This document shows positions 10,343 to 22,120 of a stretch of 64,000 bases of DNA, piece by piece. Source of the stretch: Narcine bancroftii (Eukaryota); the NCBI RefSeq assembly GCF_036971445.1, contig NC_091471.1:289168001-289232000 (forward strand), in the 5' to 3' direction. The notes beneath the pieces are model-generated. The model was not told the origin of the DNA, did not search any database, and saw only the letters and a program-made list of their open reading frames with translations. The position numbers and the translations under genes are program-made. Numbering within the stretch: position 1 is the stretch's first letter; every line of letters starts with the position of its first letter.

Positions 10343-12410
10343 CTGAAATGGGAACAAGAGAAACATTTCAGGTCACGGAAGAACTCGGCTAATTTTAGAA
10401 TTTGGCACAAGCGCGAGTGAAAGGTTCCAGCTTCCTAGAGTGGGGCCCAGGGTCTCACCGATGGGCCGGGAAGGGTCCATGGACGAGTCCGTTTGCAAGT
10501 TATCATTGAACGTTTTGTTTTCTGATTCTTTTAGCGACTCCCTGGTTCACAAAACAACCCTCTGGGTCACTGCGCTGCCACCTCCCAGGGCCCATCCCGA
10601 CCTGTCTCACATAAACAGCAGGAGACTTCCTCAGGGTCGCTTCACGTGGCCTCAGCACCTCTGGTCAGTGACGGAAGAGAACCATTAACCAACTTCAGAG
10701 CATCAACCAGTGGTCGGAAGCGGCCCTTCGCTCGCCCCACCCTTCACTAGTGCCCCCACTGAGCCACCCAAGGTGAGAGCGCGAATCAACCCCTCTCCCC
10801 CTCCCTCCCCCCGACCTGCCCGGTGGGCGACGACGCCAGATGCGCGGTCCTGAGCTTCACGGTCGCCATGTGATCACGTCTCGGGATTCAAGTCGCACTC
10901 ACTGTGGGACCAGAGGATGCGGGATTCTCCCCACAGCCCGACCTACGGCCTCAAATGGTGCAGCGACGTGAATCGCTGAGTGGACGAAAGAAGGAGATCC
11001 CAATGGAATAGATGGCAGGAGAAGAGAAATACAGGGCAAGGAGAGACATTTTTATTGGGTGGGAACCTGCAGCAGACTCCCATCGTCACTGCGACGACTG
11101 GAGATTCGCTGCAAGTCTGAGGGAGGTTCCGCTGGAGGGACCCAGCGCAACAACTGAAAGCGCATCCTTCATCTGTGTTGCTGACCGTGGCCAGTCTTCA
11201 ATCGACATGGTCTTTCGGACACTTTAGAAAAGCGTCACCGCGTGCACACACTTGAACCGAACCAGCAGGAAAGCCGACAAACTAAGGGGAAAGAATCCAC
11301 GGGAACTCATTCAAACCTGCAGTGTGCCTCTCTATAACGATAGAGGGAGGATTGAGGATGATGGGTAGATTCCGAGTTGCTGAGAGTTCAACTCAATGAT
11401 GGAACAGGACGCACGAGTTACAGATGCGGGCGGAGAAATGGCAGATCCAGTTTAATCCAAACAGCTGGGAGATTTGGCACATTGGAGGGTCAAACGTATA
11501 CAGTCAATGACGGGGCTTTTAACCGCGAGGATGTCCAGAAGGATGTGAGGGTGCAATTCACAGTTGGCTGAAAGTGGCCCTGCAGGTGGATCGGGTGGCG
11601 GCGAGGACATGTGGCAGGCTGCCTTCATCGGTCGAGAGGTGTGGGGAAGTCATGTTTCCCGCTTTGGGGAGGACTGTGTGCAATTTTCCTCGCACAGGCA
11701 GGATGTGGGTGTGTTGGAAGAGGGGGCAGAAAATATTTCCCAAGATCCAGCCTGAATTAGAAATTCTGAGCGACGAGAGATGGGACAAAGTTGCCTTTCT
11801 TTTGCTCTCTTCTGCTTGCGAGATAAAACGGAGAGGTACAGGGAGGTTGGTTAATGGGATCTCTTTCCCTGGGTAAAATAAGAGGATATCTATTTAAAGT
11901 GAGGGGTGGCTATTTGAGGAGTTGTACTGGGCAAGTTTATATTTACAGGGTGGCAGGTGTCTGGAACGCGGGGCCCGGGATGGTGAGAAACAGATACATC
12001 GCGAATGCTAAAGGGGGCGGGGGGTTCAGAGAGACACAAAAGGCCAGGAATGGAGGGACGACACGGATCGAGTGCAGATTCTGTTTCATTTGGCGCCTGT
12101 TTTGGTGCCGCACTGTTCGACAATATGAATGACTTCTCAGGGATAGGACAAAAGGACCCCAGAAAGAGCATTAATTAGCAGAACGGGTCCATTTAAGGGT
12201 TATTAGAAAATCTCAACTGTCCACGAAAAGTTGTCATTAAATGTCGGTGACAATTCACCAAACCCCATGGAGTCGAACTGGCGCTGGACACGGAATAGGA
12301 TCCGTTTGTAAATCAACATTTTCAGGAGGTGACAACCTAGAACTGATTCATTGACCTGGGTCTGGAGTAGAGCCGTCGGTCATGGCAGGAGGATGTTGCC
12401 GGACACTTAC

Positions 12411-12767
12411 CTGTAACGAAGAGTTTGGTCCCTGGGCCGAACACAAAAGTATTGCTCGTCGAAAACCACTTCCCGCAGTAATAGACGGCGGCGTCATTCA
12501 CCTCCACCTGGTTGATGATCAACCGGTAAACGGTGCCCTCGCTGTTGCCATTCGCTGTGAAACGGTTGCTGTTGAATCCGGGTCCGTAGCTCGGGGTACC
12601 ATAGGAGTAATAGTGATAGAGGATCCACTGCAGATGTGTTCCCGGAGTCTGTTTGTAGAAGCTCAAATAATAGCTGTCCTTGGTCCCGATGTTACATTCC
12701 AGCGTGGCGCTGGATCCCGCATTCACGGACACGCTCGGAGGTTGATACAGAGTCTGCGAGTCTCCAG
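12411..12767 (-). CDS. Germline-joined IgL sigma VJ exon, cluster 2
   Basis: 357-nt phase1-phase1 exon: (S)GDSQTLYQPPSVSVNAGSSATLEC...FYKQ...YGPGFNSNRF...DAAVYYCGKWFSTSNTFVFGPGTKLFVT, donor G/GTAAGT; no RSS between V and J; long CDR2 typical of sigma. Confidence 0.93.
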
Positions 12768-12871
12768 CTGAAAAAGAGCAGCAATTCCACATTAATCAGT
12801 GACCCTTGACTGCGAGCCCGAGAGCCCACATCAGAAACCACTGGCGGGGCAGAGTTGCCGCCTGTACTTAC

Positions 12872-12917
12872 AGCCCAGCCACAGCGCCAGAGACCAGAGA
12901 AAACACAGCGTCCGCAT
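12872..12917 (-). CDS. IgL leader exon, cluster 2
   Basis: Same MRTLCFLWSLALWLG leader with a GT donor. Confidence 0.92.
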
Positions 12918-12996
12918 CGTTGCTGCCCGTCACCTTCCTGCCTCCCTTCACCGCTGTGTCTGGGACAGACTGTGGCGACGCTGCGGATGGAACCCA

Positions 12997-13037
12997 CTTA
13001 TAGAGACATTGGCACCGGGAAGGAAATCCATGCAAAT
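12997..13037 (-). promoter_or_regulatory. Ig light-chain promoter, cluster 2
   Basis: ATTTGCAT at 13030-13037 and TATAAG at 12997-13002. Confidence 0.85.
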
Positions 13038-14149
13038 CGGAGCAAGTCACACTGACCAACCAGAGGAAGGACCTGAAACCCTCCCATTCGCCGTCAGTTG
13101 CCGTCCGCTGGAGGCGGTGACACGGTCAACATCCGACAGATGTGGAGAAACAAGGGGCAGGTGGTTCATTGTCTGAAATTTCCCACTTTCTCCCTGCATT
13201 TCCCTGATTCCGCTGAATACCGCTCTCCATCCCTCACCCAGAGATGCCCCTCACACCTCCAGTGATAATAAGGTGGTGCATTGAAGGCTTCCCATTTGAA
13301 CAGTTCAGACTCTGGGCTCAAACATACCCTGATAATTGAAGGATTTCAATTTAGTCAAAATGTGAGGATGAAATCTGGTTTCACGTAGGGCCCAGGAAAC
13401 ACTGGAAGATTCATTCTCTCTGTTTGGAAGGACCTCTCCCATCCCTACCCAGTTTGTCTATATTTCCATTCTCACAACATGCCCTGAACTGTCTGCAACT
13501 ACCAATAGACCACCCTCACCCATCTCCTCCAGGAACCAAATGTCAGCCTTGCCAGTGACAACCACATTCCCAGGTTTCCTGGAATCGCAGCATCTGGGGC
13601 AATGCTCTTGGAATATCAGTATTAATGACCGAGGTAGAAAGGTGTTGAGCTCCTGGGTGGTGTAGTTTCAACAGCTGATGGAACTGCTGGCTCACGGTTA
13701 CTGTGACCAAGGATCAATTGTGACCCACGGTGCCGTGGGCGCGGACATTACACGTTTTCCCTATGACTGTGAATTTCCTTCAGCTGCTCCATTTTCCTCC
13801 TGTATTCCAAGACGTGGTTGGGTAGGTTAATTCACTGCTGTATATCATCCTTAGTCCAAGGATGATCAGTGGAATCTTCAGGGAGTTCAGGGAATGAAAT
13901 GGGATTTGAAGGTTTGAGTATGTTTTTGATGAACTCATGGGAAGTCTCACTGGGCCATGAGGAGAGGTTGTAGCCAGTTTGTAGGGGAATGAGCACTGGA
14001 AGGTTGCACTGAAAGGGGAGCAAATCCATTAGGAGAGATATGTAATTCCAGACAAGAAATATATTTTTTCAATTCTGACCAGAATGTGCAGGATACTGGA
14101 TTTGAAGTTCATGTGTATTAAAGGAAGAAGCCTATGAGAACATACTGTT

Positions 14150-15570
14150 GAACTGCAGATGCATTTAAATACATAGGTTAAAAAAAAAACTTTTTGGCAT
14201 TGCTGACCGTGTTAAATAAAGACAGGGAAGATTGGTGTACTTGTGGGAATAATGTGCCTTGTGATACCTGCTGTTAGTTGCTCAAGCCTCATGTGCATAA
14301 GCAAGGGTTATGGCCGTCTGGTGGATCATAAGCTTTATGCCAATTATTGATGCACTGCTCTTCCAATACCCTTTTCCTTTTCACTCAAAATGTGTGCTGT
14401 CTCATCAAAGGCAGTGGTAACTTTATCATTGGTAGCTGTGTTCACTGACAAGTTGTTGCACAGATGTAGAAAGAAGTCTTGTTTTGAGGATTGGAAGGTT
14501 GATGGAGGAAATTAATCTCATGGATATTGAGATACTTTCTTGAATGAAAGCATCAACAATGACATTCAGGCATCTGCCAACTGTGTAAATATGCAAAATC
14601 AGCAAAGGGATATTGAATACTGAGATTTGTTTGGATTTGTTCTGGACAGCTGTTGTCCTCCTAACAGATTTCTCTTAGCTGTCGGGATTATTTCCACACC
14701 TGTGAAGATTGCTGAAGATGAAATGCATCATTGCATTTACCAAGAAAGATTGGTAAAATTTGCAGTAAGAATGCAACTTTATTTGACATGGGTCTTCACA
14801 AAGAAAGATCTTGTTGTGGATGTTTTATGGAGCAAATGTAAAATGGTGAAGAATTACAATGGAAGCCATTTTTGTGAATGGTGTTCCATGGACCTTCCTG
14901 ATTGATGAGGTTAAAGGCTATGGTGAGGTTTATAAAGGCAATGTATATTGTATGGTGACTGGTGCTGATCTCTGAATTTTCCTTGGAGTTTTTGCACAGT
15001 GAAGATCTTGCCCTCTCTGTCCCTGGATGGACAACCATCACTGTGAGCAGCTCTGTGGTTACTGGAATAAAGTGGACCCTTATGATACCTGACCTGAGAC
15101 AGTAAGCTTGGATATCCCTCTATCACAATTAGGCATCTTTGGGACCATCTGTGTCTGTGACCATTTCAAGTTCAGATTAGCAAGAATATTGCACTGTGTC
15201 AGAATGTCCTCGGGCATTAAAAGAACCGAATCTGGCCCCTGCGCAACCCTATGCATCCTGTCTTCCTCTCTGCACTCTGTCTTGAAGATTGCTTTGGACC
15301 CAGATCATCAACCATTCTTTTTCTTCTGCTATGGCCTCTTGTCTTAGATTTCCCTGTTGTGAATGGTGGTGGACAATTAAACAGTTGACTGGAGGAAGTT
15401 CAAAACCCATCCTCTTGCTGTGCAGTGGTGTGGTTTTGTATGTGAGTGCTAAAGACAAGATTAAAACATTCACAACAATGTCCAGTCAGAAGTGACGAGT
15501 GGGTGATCAGTTTGATTTCTGCCCAAGGTCCCTTCCATCGCAGAAACTTGTCTTCAGTTAATTCAATTGA
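14150..15570 (-). mobile_element. Degenerate RTE-clade LINE fragment
   Basis: YIAFINLTIAFNLINQEG.WNTIHKNG resembles the RTE RT motif YMAFIDLTKAFD.V.REGLW. Confidence 0.7.
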
Positions 15571-17845
15571 CTCCAAAAAGCAACTAAAGCTACATTGTTG
15601 TTCATGATTGATTTAAATTTAATAGATGCATGGAGAATAATTCATCTAAGATAAATAAATTACTCTTTTTTCAAATAGGCATAATTCTTACTCTAGGACT
15701 AACTTCTTTAATATCTGTACAACCTCAAGGTAGAATTCAACAAGAAAAGTCAGAATTTTATCTGATCATTCTCATTTGTTGTTGACAATAACAATGTTGG
15801 ACAGAGAAGAATCAGATGATAGGCAGAGGTTCAATTCGATGCTATTAAAAAGAAAAGATTTTTGTGAATTAATTAAAGACTGATAATGATTTTTTTAAGA
15901 CCAATTCCAATTTGGTTACAAATAAATTAAATTTATGGGACACAATGAAAGCACATTTACGAGGTCAAAAAATGTTGTACTTCTAAAATTAAGAAGGATT
16001 ATATGTAAGAAGTAGAACAATTAGAGACAGAGATAACAAATTTAGAAAAGGACATAGCAACAAGTACATGAGGATAAACGAAGACAGCTTCAGTACAATA
16101 CTCTACAAAGATGTAGAACAGAAAAAGCAATAATGAGAACTAAACAGAAGTGTTATGAATTAGGTGAAATGGCACATAAGGTGCTGCTGGCATGGCAGTG
16201 AAAAACAGAACAAGTATCAAGAATGATTATGGAAAACTAAAATTATTCTAATTTAATTACTTATAAACCTCAAGAAATTAATGAAAATTTCAACAATGTT
16301 ACACAAATTATATCAATCAGAATCTTTAAATGATGAAAATAAAATTGCTAACTTTTTGTCACAAATAAACTTACTTAAATTAAATTTGGAAGAGCAGAGA
16401 GAATTGGCTTTTCCCTTCACCTTAGTGGAGGTTAGAGAAGCATTATGCTCATTACAAAATAATAAGTCACAAGGAGATGATAGTTTCCCACCTGAGTTTT
16501 ATAAAAGGTGTAAATATTTATTAATTCCTCCATTTATGGAAGTATTAGGGCAGGCGGTTGTAACACTTAATTTACCAGAATCTTTTAATATGGCAATAAT
16601 AACAGTAATACCAAAAATAAATAGCGACCCTTTAAACCCAGCATTGTATAGACTAATTTCATTGTTAAATGCAGATTATAAAATAGAAGCAAAATTATTA
16701 GCAAATAGGTTGGCAAAATATTTGCCAAAATTAATAAATATGGACCAGACTGGTTTTATTAAAAAGAGAAAATTAGCAGATAATGTGACTAGATTATTGA
16801 GTATAATATATTTGGTGCAAAAGAGAAGAGACTGAAGTGTAGCAGTAGCCTTAGATGCCGAAAAAGCATTTGACAGATTAGAATGGGATTTTTTTTAAAT
16901 TTAAGGTACTTGATAAATTTGGATTGGGACCAATATTTTCAAATTGGATTAAAGGTTTATATAATGGACCAAAAGCTAAAGTTGTAACAAATGTCCATGC
17001 CTTTTCATTTAATTAGATCTAGGAGACAAGGATATCTATTATCTCCAGATTTACTTATTTTAGCAGTAGAACCATTAGCAGAATTGATTCAGTCTGATTT
17101 TGAAATTTGAAGGTTTTAGAGTTGATAGGGAGGAATATAAGATTTTCTTTTGTAGATAATGTAATAATTTATTTGACAGAACCAAAAAATTCATTGCATA
17201 AATTATATTTAAGGCTAAAAGAATATGGAATAGCATCTGGATACAAAATAAATTGGGACAAAAGTGAGATTATGCCCCTTACAAGAGGTGATTATACTCA
17301 GTGTAAAGGAGATTCCCAATTTAAATGGTTGTTGAATGGAATAAAATATTTAGGGATACAAGCAGATAACAATTTAAATAATATATATAAGTTGAACTAT
17401 ACCCCTTTACTTTTGAAAATTGATGAAGATTTTATTTTAAAATGGATGGAGTTATCATTAACGTTATGGGGAAGAGTTAATCCTATAAAAATGAACATAT
17501 TTCCAAGAGCACAGTATCTTTTTCAAACATTGCCCATATCTCTTCTGCAAAATCTTTTCCAGGAATTAAATAAATATATAAGAACATTTCTTTGGAAGGG
17601 CAAAATATCAAGAGTTTCACTGGAAAAATTAACATGAAAATATGAACTAGGAGGTCTGCAACTTCCAAATTAAAAAAAAAATTATAAAGCTACACAAATG
17701 AGATTTCTCTTTTTATTTTGAAGAGGGAGAGAAACCAGCATGGATTAAAATAGATTTGGATAAGATAGGAGAAAAGATACCAGAAGATTTCATATATAAA
17801 TGGGAACTGAGATTAATATCTGCAGACAGGGATACACCACTGTTA

Positions 17846-18840
17846 TTTTTATAATATAGAAACATTTATTTTGAGAAATGCACAAAATCATGATCTCACA
17901 GAAAAGTATGAATTCACACACAAATATATACCAAAACAAATTATACACAAAGATTAAATATTTACATAATTTTCTAATAAGTTACATCTTCTACTACAAA
18001 AATTTCAAATATATCATGTAAAAATATCTTACACTTTAAGCATAAGTCTCATCGTTTAGGTCCATACAGAGTGATCACTGGGCAACTGAATGGAAAATTG
18101 TTCGTACATTGAGGATTTAGTTTTATTCTTTTGAAATGTAGTGACAGTTGGTCCAAACAGGAATTGAATATTTTAAATCCTAGACAAGACTAATTATTTT
18201 TATATGTACTTTATTTAAAATAAAACCACTTAAAAAACATATTACATGTGGCATTTTATTAAAAAAAGATAAAAAGAGAATAAAGAAATACTTCCTATTA
18301 ATCCTCCCAACCCCCTTCCCCCTACAAACAAAAAAAAAGAAAAAGAGGGACAAGAAAAATCACAGCAGGAGAACTTTACATTCCGATACTTTTAAAAATA
18401 TAAATGTTCATAGAGACCTATAAGAGAAAGGGAATGTTCAAGATTCATTTAAATTTTAATACCAACAGTTTGTAGATATGGGCTCCATAGTTCACAAATT
18501 GTATGATATTTATCTCTTAAATTATAAATAATTTTCTTAAGAGGAATCCAACTCCGAACTTCTGCATGCCATCTATCCATTCCCAGATTATCATCTGACT
18601 GCCAAGTTATAGCAATACATTTTCTAGCCATTGCCAAGGCGATTTGAACAAATTTTACTTGATACATATTCAGTTTGAATTTAGGTTTGACATTTCGCAG
18701 TAAAAATAACATTGGATCCTGTGGGAATCTTATTCCAATTATTAATTCTAATAAATTACCCATTTCAAGCCAAAAAGGGTTTAATTATGGACACTGCCAA
18801 GTTGAATGCAAAAATGTACCAACTTATTGTCTACAATCAC
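17846..18840 (-). mobile_element. Nested antisense L1 3' fragment
   Basis: ORF 18449-18763 (DPMLFLL...IALAMARKCIAITW...WSPY) is the L1 ORF2 C-terminus; T-rich tail on the left; host L1 reading resumes after 18840. Confidence 0.75.
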
Positions 18841-19029
18841 AGTTGAAGCATCTGATTAATATATAGAATAAAGTAAATAACAAAATTGGAATGAGGAATT
18901 TTGGGTTAACTAAAATCCCTTTTATTCAAAATAGACTCATACTATTTACTATGCATAATTGACTTTTTAATAGTTGGTTCTCTAAAGGAATTAGAAATAT
19001 AGCAGATTGTTATGAAAATTAAATAGATT

Positions 19030-19700
19030 AAAATCAGATTTATCAGACAAATGTTTTAGGATTGGAAGGTTGTTGGAGGAAATTTATCTCATAAATGTTG
19101 AGAGCAAAGTTCAACTTCTTGAATTAAAGCGTCAGCAATGACTTTCAGATATTGGCTGAGTGCTTGTAAATACCAGCAAAATCTGTGAAGGGATATTGAA
19201 TGGTGAAATTTGTCTGGAGAGCTGTTGTCCTCCTCACAGTTTTCCCTTAGCTGTCGGGATTATTTCCAGTCCTGTGAGAAGATTGTTGGAGATGAAATCC
19301 ATCATTGCTGCAAGAAAGATTGGTAAAATTTGCAGTAAGAATACAACTTTATTTGATGTGGGTCTTCACAAAGAAAGATCCTGTTCTGGATGTTTTATGG
19401 AGCAAATGTAAGATGGTGAAGAATTTCAATGGAAGCCATTTTTGTGAATGGTGTTCCATAGACCTTCCTGATTGATGAGGTTAAAGGCTATGGTGAGGTT
19501 TATAAAGGCCATGTATATTGTATGGTGACTGGTGCTGATCTCTGAATTTTCCTTGGAGTTGTTGCACAGTGAAGATTTTACCTTCTCTATCTCTGGATGG
19601 AAGAATGTCACTGTGAGCAGCTCTATGGTTACTGGAATAAAGTGGATATGGAGGACCCTTATGAGACTTCCCATGTGACAGTAAGCTTGGATACCTTTTT
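19030..19700 (-). mobile_element. RTE-clade fragment, related to 14470-15110
   Basis: Highly similar to the 14.5-15.1 kb RTE piece (YMAFINLTIAFNLINQEGLWNTIHKNG). Confidence 0.7.
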
Positions 19701-20789
19701 GCCCTCAAAATTGAGGCCATTTTAGATAGAATTAGGAACATTTCTAGAACAAGTTACAGCAGTTAAATTGCCACAAGATCCAATGCTTTTCTTATTGGGT
19801 AGTATTTTGGTGATAAAACCAAAATTGAAATTGAATTTTTTTCTTTAAAAAATTTGTCAAAATTGCATAAGCAGTTTCAAGAATGCATAGCAGTGACATG
19901 GAAATCAGATTCCCATTTAGGAATGGAAAGATGGGATGCCTCGAGAAAATTACATATAATTTAAGGAATAAATATGATACCTTTTTGAAAATTTAGTGTC
20001 CATACTTGCATACTGTAGGTATTCATTTATAAAGGGTTTACCTTAAACCTCATGAGATAAATAAATGATGAAATTGAGAAGGCAAAGTTGTGTGACTGGT
20101 GGTAACCAGGTTTGTTTTCCATCTTATTAACTTTTCTGTGTTATTTCATCTTTTTCTTTTTTTTTGTTTGCTTTTTATTTTTTGGGAATTATTATTGGGG
20201 GGGGAGTTAGTGGGATTCATTGGGTGTAATATGTAGCATGAATAATTGATTTGAAATGTATAATTGTTATTTTCTGTATTTGGATATTAATACATGTACA
20301 TAAATTTAAACAAAATATTCAAAAAATATACAATTGACTCTGCCTAATATCAAGGAATGACTGACCCAACTCTAACCCAGGTATTCTAGGACAGTACCAA
20401 CATGTCCACTGACAATCGAGGAAGCTGCAAAAGTAGGACAAATTCAATTCATCTCCTTGCCACCTGATCAGTCATCACTTAATCATAATCAAAAGGTGAA
20501 AGGTTTATTAACACTGATATCAAGTGACACTGATGTAGTAATAATCTGCACACTGATGCCCAGATTTTATATTCAATGGGATCCTACACACACACACATA
20601 TATATACATTATAAAATTATATAAGGTTTGGAATGAATAGATTGTCCGAATTTCTTTCCCTTGGTATGAATAACAAATCCATGAGAATATAGAATGAAAG
20701 TGAAAGAAAAATATTTTAAAAGGGTCTGAGTGAAACTTTCATGATGGCGGAATGAAGAAGAAAGAGGAAGAGAAGCGAGTAGGTGAGCA

Positions 20790-22120
20790 GAAACTGGAGA
20801 AGTTGAGGTTAATGACATCTGGCAGGAGAGGGCCAAGTTGCCATGCTCTTGGAAGAAGGAGGAATGTCGGATGATCTGGACAGAAAGACCTCATCTTGGC
20901 AACAGATACCACGATGGAGAAATTGAGAGAAAGGAATAAAATCTTTTCAGCGGTGTGAAGAAGAGGTAATTGTGGGAGTCAGTGGGTTTGTACAAAAATG
21001 TCTGATGAAAGCCTGTCTCCAAAGATGGAAACAGAGAGATCAAGAAAGGAAAGAGTTCTCCAGAGATGGACCAAGTGAATTTTAGGTTGTGGTGCAAATT
21101 GAATGATGTTGACGAGCTCATCATTGGAGTGCAGAGGTTTCAGACGAGGTGAAATTGGAATAAAAGAGGGAGTGATGATGTTGAGAGGGTTGATTTCTCT
21201 GTGGCAAATGAAAATAAAAATATCCAGAGCAGGCAGCTGGTCATGATGAGATGTCCAAAAGAAAGTACAAGACAACGCAGGAGAAGGGCCCTTGGTTAGG
21301 GTGTTGAGAGTGAAGGTCGTGAAAGTGGGCGTGAAAACGGAGGTGATGGAAGAAGGGTTCAGCATCGTGGCGTGGGTGGTCTCTACCGAGGTCAGAGCAT
21401 TCTGTCTCAGAGAAGGTAACGTCAGAGGCGATGGTAAAGACCAAACAGGGATCAGAGTGGGAGTCAATGTGATGGAGAGTGTTGGGGGGGGGGGGAAATG
21501 TGGAGGGTTAGGGAGATCAAAGGATGAAGATGGGAGGTGGGGGTGTCAGTGGAGGTAGGTAGAGGATAGGGAGTCACTAGGGAGAGTAGAGGAGATGAGA
21601 GAGTCTAAGGGATTGGAGTGGGGTGAAACTGGGAGCCCAGTGCAAGAGATAGGGTAGAGGGGCAGGGGGATATGGAAGAATAAGCGGTGGTGGCAGAGAG
21701 AATGATGAGCCTGTGGGATTAGCCTGGGAAGAGCAGGGGAATTCCTGACCGCAGTCAGTGTCTAGGTAATCAGCAGCTGCAGCCTGTGGGCGGCAGGGGC
21801 CAAAGTGAGAGTCGATGATGGTGGTGGCAGGAGCTAAAAGGAGATGAGGCCTGAGCCTTGCAAAGAATTTGTGGCTGAGACTTTGGCAGGTGGCTGGAAA
21901 CAAGATGAAGGTCGCAGAGGCTGCATTCTCCTGTGAGGCAAGCTACTGATCTTTGGATTACATCAGGTAAGTGTCGAACTGGCGGTTGAAGTGTGGACCT
22001 GGTTGAGGATGAAGTACAGGAGAGGTCTGTTGTAGGTCCTGGACAGCAAGCTCCAGAGATGTGGCAGTCAAAGTGAGAGCTGTCGCTGATATCTTCACAT
22101 CGAGGTGAGGGTGGTTCTTA
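20790..22120 (-). mobile_element. Degenerate Penelope-like retroelement
   Basis: HDAEPFFHHLRFHAHF, LDIFIFICHREIN, HNLKFTWSISG..FLDLSVSI.GDRL, YKPTDSHNYL motifs typical of vertebrate Penelope RT. Confidence 0.75.

Larger units (their letters stand above)
15600..20330 (+). mobile_element. Old L1/Tx1-type LINE (ORF2 endonuclease end to 3' tail), interrupted by nested insertions
   Basis: NKSQGDDSFPPEFYK, YRLISLLNADYK, DQTGFIK, IKYLGIQ, KMNIFPR motifs; many stops; 3' part resumes at ~18843 and ~19700. Confidence 0.85.

Noticed and set aside
12382-12771. Antisense ORFs over V, C and promoter regions, repeated in each cluster
   Set aside because: Shadows of GC-rich coding or duplicated sequence; recurrence reflects duplication, not conservation.
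12337-12792. ORF-track proteins starting MWNCCSFS (also 37941-38396, 7931-8248) and MKLLGPSS as whole genes
   Set aside because: They begin at non-ATG codons in introns or inside exons; the real structure is spliced leader-VJ-C.
12411-12917. Joined VJ as a processed (retroposed) copy
   Set aside because: Leader intron, J-C intron and promoter are all retained.
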